In this document: positions 60,401 through 64,000 of the stretch, in pieces
Position numbering within the stretch: the first letter of the stretch is position 1
Layout: the number at the start of each line of letters is the position of its first letter
Source: an uncultured Candidatus Poseidoniales archaeon
GTDB lineage: Archaea; Thermoplasmatota; Poseidoniia; Poseidoniales; Thalassarchaeaceae
Direction: 5' to 3'
Length of the DNA stretch: 64,000 nucleotides
Assembly: GCA_964585295.1 (NCBI GenBank)
Contig: CAZPCY010000004.1
Span: forward strand, 1,674 to 65,673
The notes under the pieces: model-generated
Seen by the model: only the letters and a program-made list of their open reading frames with translations
Database searches by the model: none
What the model was told of the DNA's origin: nothing
Program-made: the position numbers and the translations under genes

Positions 60401-63397
60401 GGTGGATGGCTGAACGTCACGGGGACTCTATTGAGTGATAATGGATCAGGTATCATAGATCGCAACGGCAATGCTCTCTTGCCTTCGCTGACCTTCCGAA
60501 TTGATGGATTCGAAGACACCTTCACAGCTCAGAACGGCACCGTTCTAGCTGATGGATCGTGGAGAGCGAATCTAATCCTAGATCATGATTTCCCGCGCGG
60601 CACCCATAATCTAACCGCGATTTACACCCCAACGGTCAACGATTACGCGACAGCGAACAACATCACGACATTCGACAGTAGAGGATACTCCGTGCTGACA
60701 TTCACGAATCCGCTCGACCTCGACCCGGATCGTAGGACAATCCGTGGCGAAAACATCACGATCGATGTTCTTCTGGTAGACAATTCCGGTGCGCCGATAG
60801 AGAACGCTTCGATCATTCCCACCATAATCGGACATACGGTCTCTGACATGATGACGGATGCGAACGGCACGGCGACACTCACCTTCACGGTCGATCAGAT
60901 GCAGGCACCCGGAGCTCTCTCGATTGACATATCCTTCGCGGGCATTCCGGGAACTACCGGTGTACAGGGGGATGCGACGTTCACTCGCGTCGTAATCCTC
61001 GCGCCCACCAACCTGATTATCGACACCATAGAGGGTGATCTGATTGCTGGCCAGACGGTGATTGTGAATGGTACCCTGCTCGATGAGCATGGCCAGCCAC
61101 TGCTAAACGAGACCGGATTAGCGGCTGGTGGAATAATCCATCTCGCCATCGATGGTCAGGATACGGGAAGTGTGACCATCGCCATGTCGAATGCGACGAC
61201 AGGGTCCTTCTCCATGGTCCACACGCTGCCATTCGACACCACGCCTGGTCCACACATCGCTACGGTGACCTTCCTAGGCGGTTTCATTTGGGTCGATCCG
61301 ATGGGTTCCGGCGATTCTCTGAATCCCGAGTACTATCTCGGCTCAGTCTCGAATGCGACATTCAACGTCTCCGTACCAACTTCGATAGAGATAACTAGCG
61401 ATGCTGGCGAGGTCGAACGCAACGATTTGTTCCGAGTCGATGGGATACTGTTGGACATTGTAGACCGTCCGCTGGACAATGCAACACTCTCCGTGACCAT
61501 GAATGGAGTGTACCTCACCGATGTGAAGACCGATGAATTCGGCATCTTCTCAGTCTATTATCCGGTTCCAGCAAACATGTCTCTAGGTCCGCAACTGGTG
61601 GAAATCAGCTTCGCAGGAGACGAGTTCCATCTGTCGAGCCTCGGTCAGACTACATTCGATGTGTATGCCCCCACCATCCTGACGATTGATGTTCCGCAAG
61701 TGGCAGCCGTTGGCGACTTGGTCACCTTCCAGGGAACCGTTCGGGACAACCTTCCAATGGGATGGTTGGCCAATCACACCGTAGAGATTCGCGTCAATGA
61801 GACATTGCTGGATACGGTAGTCACGGATTCCAATGGCAGTTGGTCGTATGAATGGACGATTCCACAATGGCTCGACATCTCCAACCACACAGTGGAGGTA
61901 TTCGCTCCGGCTACCACAGATGGTTGGTACCGAGAAGGCCGAGCCAACGATACGATTCGCGTCGTCCACAACGCTGGATTGGACCTCGATGCCGATGGAG
62001 GAGGCCACTCCACCCGTGGTGGTGATTGGAATATTTCCGGAAGGTTGTACGATGCCGATGTCGTGGGAACTCCACCCTTGGTCGGCAGAACTGTGACGAT
62101 TACTGTTGATGGAAACACCGGTGTCACCGTAACCACAGATGACGAAGGTCGCTTCCAAGTGCTCTTGCCGGTCGACTCTTCCGCCTCACGCGGGAGTCAT
62201 CTCATAGAAGCGGCATACGCTGGCGAGGAGGATTGGGTCGCCGCTTCCGCTTCCGTCACTGTGTATGCGTGGGCTGATGTCGCTCTGGAGGTCCTAGATA
62301 TCGCCTCGCCGGTGATTAGGAGCGACTCCGCCCACCCGATTGAGATTACTGGCCGAATCGTCGAAGTCGGTGGATCTGGCAATGTGCTCGCCAACCTCAA
62401 TCTCCAAGTGTCTTGGGAGGGCGAGGAGAAGGTGTTCGCGACTGATTGGGACAATGCCACCGGTCACTGGACCATCCGCTTCACAGCGAACGCTCCCATG
62501 GCAGAGGATGAAACCATTCTAATCACAGTCGAAGAGAATCCGTCTTCGTACCTGCATTCTGCATCAGACGGCGCCAAGGTCTTCGTCATGGTTCCAGCCG
62601 CATTCTCTTTCGATCCTCTGCATATCGATCTTGACTCACGGATCATCGAGAGCATTGTCAGGGTGACTTCGGCCGACACTGGCGAGCCGCTGGAAAATGT
62701 CTCGATTGAGGCACGCTTGATGAACGAGACAACCTCGATTGCTCAGTATGGTAGAATGACGGGAGATGACGGCGTTTTCACCTATTCCTTCGCCGCCGTC
62801 GAGCCACTTCCTCCCTTCTCAGACCAAGCAGCATGGGGGCGGTTGTCGATAGCGTTCAACTCGACCTCACCGCTACTCGCCGCTGATGACCGTGCACGGT
62901 TGGAGACGTCACCACCGGTGATTGCCACCTATGAGGTCGCCGAGAATGTGGCGAGTGGCCCCTCCACCCCCGCGATGGCTGGAGGCCTACTCCTTCTGGC
63001 CGGATTGGCTGCTGCACTTCTGCACATGCGCAAGCGCCGCACTGCGGTCGAGGCACTCGACGATACATTCGCTTACTCGGCCGAGTTGCTGATGGCAATG
63101 GATGAGATACGTGAAGCGATTTTCCAATGCTATGAGAGCCTATGTGTGACCTTGATGGAACACGGTTTCCTAAGGCGTGATTTCGAGACGGTTCGAGAAT
63201 TCGAACTTGCAATCCGTGAGGCTCTTCCGATTAGAGAGCAAGCACTCGTCGCTCTGGACCGGGTGTTCGAAGAGGCACGTTACTCCAGTCACGAACTCGG
63301 CGACCAACACAGAAATGCTGCGCAGCAGGCAATCGAAGGGGTGAGATCCGAGATTGCCTCTCTTGAGGCACAGGGACAATCCATACCTCAGCGATGA
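54476..63397 (+). CDS. Giant surface protein: Ca-binding (TSP3-like) repeats + transglutaminase-like domain + Ig-like stalk + TM + DUF4129-like domain
   Basis: Signal peptide; many DTDGDGL.D..E / DP...D.D repeats; FWRQYTYDEYTG; GTCNEW..MARLAGLPARQVSGY, W.EV, GWVPFD; repeated G.L.D..G.P / T...G.F modules; TM + RKRR; Y..L...L...G..R...ETVREF..FEEARYS. Confidence 0.85.
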   Translation: MSQTCTASWSADPLRPHRQSSITLALLLLLSSLAGLQYASWKALASTDQDGDGLSYGLEFLLNTQPQDWDSDNDELPDGWEWLHGLDPLDGSTLTSNGAQGDPDGDGLSNKDEYQYAMPNNWDSTSTPNELDNGVWWNGTVPTRNWDEESAMQASQGTGTDGSDEDPMGNICADGMDNDRDGAVDAADSDGDGDADCSSDDDDGDGLIDEDPDGYDTDNDGMNDGWEVANNLDPRSPSNQDGASGDPDGDGLVNLFEYVNPSWTTQNQGVPYYMPGHPSQQRTETESPCNPVLGLGPGGCQSLTAEVDGVTSTNPQSADTDGDGLNDSYEALTLRTDPTASDTDSDGVSDGVEVNGAYGNPPQASDPRDNNTDDDPFDDGDEDIDGDGVVDANETDPTRREDSGDYDGDGIENWEENLTCTLWNIADTDYGGVSDGLERQNLHQTDPCLSTVDFSTNHISYSSLSQTLLVQNVTGFGVGWNDWRPTAPPRQGFYNLSNGSLIPFTYSYTEIVGSEHRIVGVTVPPPGSTTEVLSKNGSWCWNANILAANNVAWCDDDYYDHDLDGLADWEEQAGTWGFTSDPFLWDTDGDTVNDLDEIMNGTDPNEPCDNNRDSDGDGLNDYFENNTGCPMIYVPGMGGNGSLDTYVTDYLTQDTDNGGVADGQEYLDGTNPQNDASDDQNPADTDGDGIPDAVENNTGTDWRNPDTDGGGMTDYEECPPQFWMFNCQGSGQDPWDPTDDIRPTDIVFWANNTTNGTDPFQSHFWRQYTYDEYTGVAFGVNQSLVTWNEMSSGFTDTQWLADPSFHNVTNTWQLTFNQTVNPSSNLPNPYAATQFMMWADPSAGLNHSNWTHDIRVSDVPIDTAMIDSPGIFFPDQVRQNSTAFQGSSYSTEVPSSFYDPNNPESYALNVTDAIISEAGAISAWEKMEALVTWIREGNNTTEPKLNHDGSVMPVGLDLTTFMLHDSLEGTCNEWSITLTMMARLAGLPARQVSGYSSGAWHGTGFQVLGLHHQTWTEVHLQTNPAQGNRDMGWVPFDSCPPAEEVDIIDSVWGPDIIDRNMSGDQIFLNGTLIFTENQSVAVGVVLQLYLVPPEEAANIPGLAATGGRLVGTGISASNGTFSLKGFANEPIRTGFGRLVVQTVASGYVGQGGIANTSWLVNVTDDTNLTIEAPMPVAAPIIGAGANTTLSGRLRLEMLPWIDMPTFDTHTVFLNFTSNISGPISIQTVVQPTGSFEFYLSLDENETQGLRPATIEFPGWHESDLNNASTPIYHARPSNLSFELNVTAAPDLTVTVEGNGANSSLLSVDEPIHLNGTVLSRGHNPVPVSGTLTLQMRENGTGLGFVNITTFTLGPGNWTGNPGNFSINWVMAANQTPIPPGFIDLRVVFEAANIPATDEENLIGYGIRSIVMFEYSLSPVLRGQGTTVFVSMLDHTGSQTTSFNGTYVVEVDGTMVNTTVDPVEEFFDVSWIPDANTAAGDYSWWINYSGSQWYKPNSSNSSLRIQGLADISIIIAQDWTHIGQQTYATGDIRDSVLGTIILLNESQVTLQVERPGSGPSGPGGEPPPPEITMLGQGWVDSLNGTYNISYTIPSHIGSGVYNLTVSCDFQLVAPTGGPYYEMNELGFTDVGIQSEAKLISEISSTVVVVGNQLLVNVSAQDVADSSNLTNAALELVWDWDGPDNGTLSTANVGVDGWARFSPTIDIDVEPGWYDVRIFMADDVSDTLSTPNAGRWLGNETFVNVTVQVPSNISLDPMPTFVTAGTSFMLTGQVLDDVNNSRPFNGTVEVTVFFLNDSSEVLIDSFTTTPNGSFNISVPTDPNGDGVTSGDKTVVVSVLNDTNPFYLTSTGTGMILVKGVTEFTDVSPLIPIIVERGGNVTFGGMLREASDGDRLLSNMTIAGLFHDTWMNESMTNSTGDVDFSFSIPNSHPLGQVELTLFFNGTYPLHSTNRTFSTVTVRSLTVLVINPISDNPVAGGWLNVTGTLLSDNGSGIIDRNGNALLPSLTFRIDGFEDTFTAQNGTVLADGSWRANLILDHDFPRGTHNLTAIYTPTVNDYATANNITTFDSRGYSVLTFTNPLDLDPDRRTIRGENITIDVLLVDNSGAPIENASIIPTIIGHTVSDMMTDANGTATLTFTVDQMQAPGALSIDISFAGIPGTTGVQGDATFTRVVILAPTNLIIDTIEGDLIAGQTVIVNGTLLDEHGQPLLNETGLAAGGIIHLAIDGQDTGSVTIAMSNATTGSFSMVHTLPFDTTPGPHIATVTFLGGFIWVDPMGSGDSLNPEYYLGSVSNATFNVSVPTSIEITSDAGEVERNDLFRVDGILLDIVDRPLDNATLSVTMNGVYLTDVKTDEFGIFSVYYPVPANMSLGPQLVEISFAGDEFHLSSLGQTTFDVYAPTILTIDVPQVAAVGDLVTFQGTVRDNLPMGWLANHTVEIRVNETLLDTVVTDSNGSWSYEWTIPQWLDISNHTVEVFAPATTDGWYREGRANDTIRVVHNAGLDLDADGGGHSTRGGDWNISGRLYDADVVGTPPLVGRTVTITVDGNTGVTVTTDDEGRFQVLLPVDSSASRGSHLIEAAYAGEEDWVAASASVTVYAWADVALEVLDIASPVIRSDSAHPIEITGRIVEVGGSGNVLANLNLQVSWEGEEKVFATDWDNATGHWTIRFTANAPMAEDETILITVEENPSSYLHSASDGAKVFVMVPAAFSFDPLHIDLDSRIIESIVRVTSADTGEPLENVSIEARLMNETTSIAQYGRMTGDDGVFTYSFAAVEPLPPFSDQAAWGRLSIAFNSTSPLLAADDRARLETSPPVIATYEVAENVASGPSTPAMAGGLLLLAGLAAALLHMRKRRTAVEALDDTFAYSAELLMAMDEIREAIFQCYESLCVTLMEHGFLRRDFETVREFELAIREALPIREQALVALDRVFEEARYSSHELGDQHRNAAQQAIEGVRSEIASLEAQGQSIPQR

Positions 63398-63410
63398 TAG
63401 AATTTGATGT

Positions 63411-63932
63411 CTATCCTATTCGGATGTTCAGGTTTCCATCCTCAACCCATGCGGCTTCGATTGGTCTCCCTCCGCCGATTCGAGCCACCCTCTCGAAGCG
63501 TGAACCGACACCATCGATTGCCAATCGCATGACCGTCTCACCGCTGATTATTCCGACGTTTATGGAGATTCCATCCTTCGACACTCCGGATAACGGGATG
63601 CGCAAAGTCCCATCTGAACTAACACCTTCCAGATGGGCTGCCATCACCTCCATGGTCGGTATCGATGCAATCCATTCTCTAGTCGCTTCGACCATACCTG
63701 CCGTTTGACCCAGCATCGAGATGTGAGCATCTCTGACCTCTACCAGTGCTGAGTTATCGGAGAGATTCGAAATGAATCGGGCATGTTCGATCTCCGCCGT
63801 CGCCTCTAGACCGATCGATCTCCCGTCGATGGTCGAGCCTTGTTCGCCTCCATCTCCATCTTCAGGATTGGATGTTGGCAAGCCTATCGGATCGGAGTCG
63901 TGGACCGGAATCGGGCGCCAACCTGCATCCAT
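63411..63932 (-). CDS. Hypothetical protein, possible Hsp20-like C-terminal domain
   Basis: LRIPLSGVSKDGISI...A...DGNLNIR resembles an alpha-crystallin/CS-like sandwich. Confidence 0.45.
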   Translation of the reverse strand: MDAGWRPIPVHDSDPIGLPTSNPEDGDGGEQGSTIDGRSIGLEATAEIEHARFISNLSDNSALVEVRDAHISMLGQTAGMVEATREWIASIPTMEVMAAHLEGVSSDGTLRIPLSGVSKDGISINVGIISGETVMRLAIDGVGSRFERVARIGGGRPIEAAWVEDGNLNIRIG

Positions 63933-64000
63933 CGTTCACCGTCGGCTCTCGGTCGGTCATCAACCCGTCGTCGATACACCCTCCGTCAAGGCGTACGAGC

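Noticed and set aside
398..63708. Numerous short antisense or overlapping ORFs in the six-frame track
   Set aside because: They lie within well-supported genes, are Ser/Arg/Pro-rich shadow frames typical of GC-rich DNA, and show no motifs.
63860..64000. Possible 3' end of a gene entering from the right edge (LVRLDGGCID...)
   Set aside because: Too short to assign, and it would overlap the next ORF.

Overview
Gene-dense, GC-rich (by eye roughly 55-60%) archaeal chromosome segment. Archaeal informational genes (aIF-2beta, aRF1, aTrm56, class I LysRS, ArgRS, NOG1-type GTPase, UMP kinase, GfcR/PyrE-like protein, tRNA-Leu(TAA)) sit among bacterial-type metabolic genes (carAB, a branched-chain 2-oxoacid dehydrogenase E1a/E1b/E2/E3 operon flanked by lipA and lipB, folP, folB plus a pteridine-reductase-like SDR, thiolase, ubiX, NfeD/flotillin). 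This mix, and the SAP-domain and zinc-ribbon orphan proteins, suggests Thermoplasmatota, probably Marine Group II (Ca. Poseidoniales); that assignment is inference. No integrase, transposase, rRNA or CRISPR array was seen. The most striking feature is a ~2970-aa membrane-anchored surface protein (54476-63397). It combines Ca-binding DxDxDG repeats, a TgpA-type transglutaminase-like domain with Gln at the usual catalytic His position, a long sequon-rich Ig-like stalk, a TM helix and a DUF4129-like tail, and lies near a second ~1000-aa Ig-like surface protein. Also notable: a recurring non-canonical TATA-like hexamer (TTGA(A/T)) 22-26 nt before apparently leaderless start codons, a SAP-domain/M28 peptidase fusion, and a Zn-ribbon/HeH/HEAT-repeat/Tudor-like orphan. 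All calls come from motif recognition by eye; no database searches were run.
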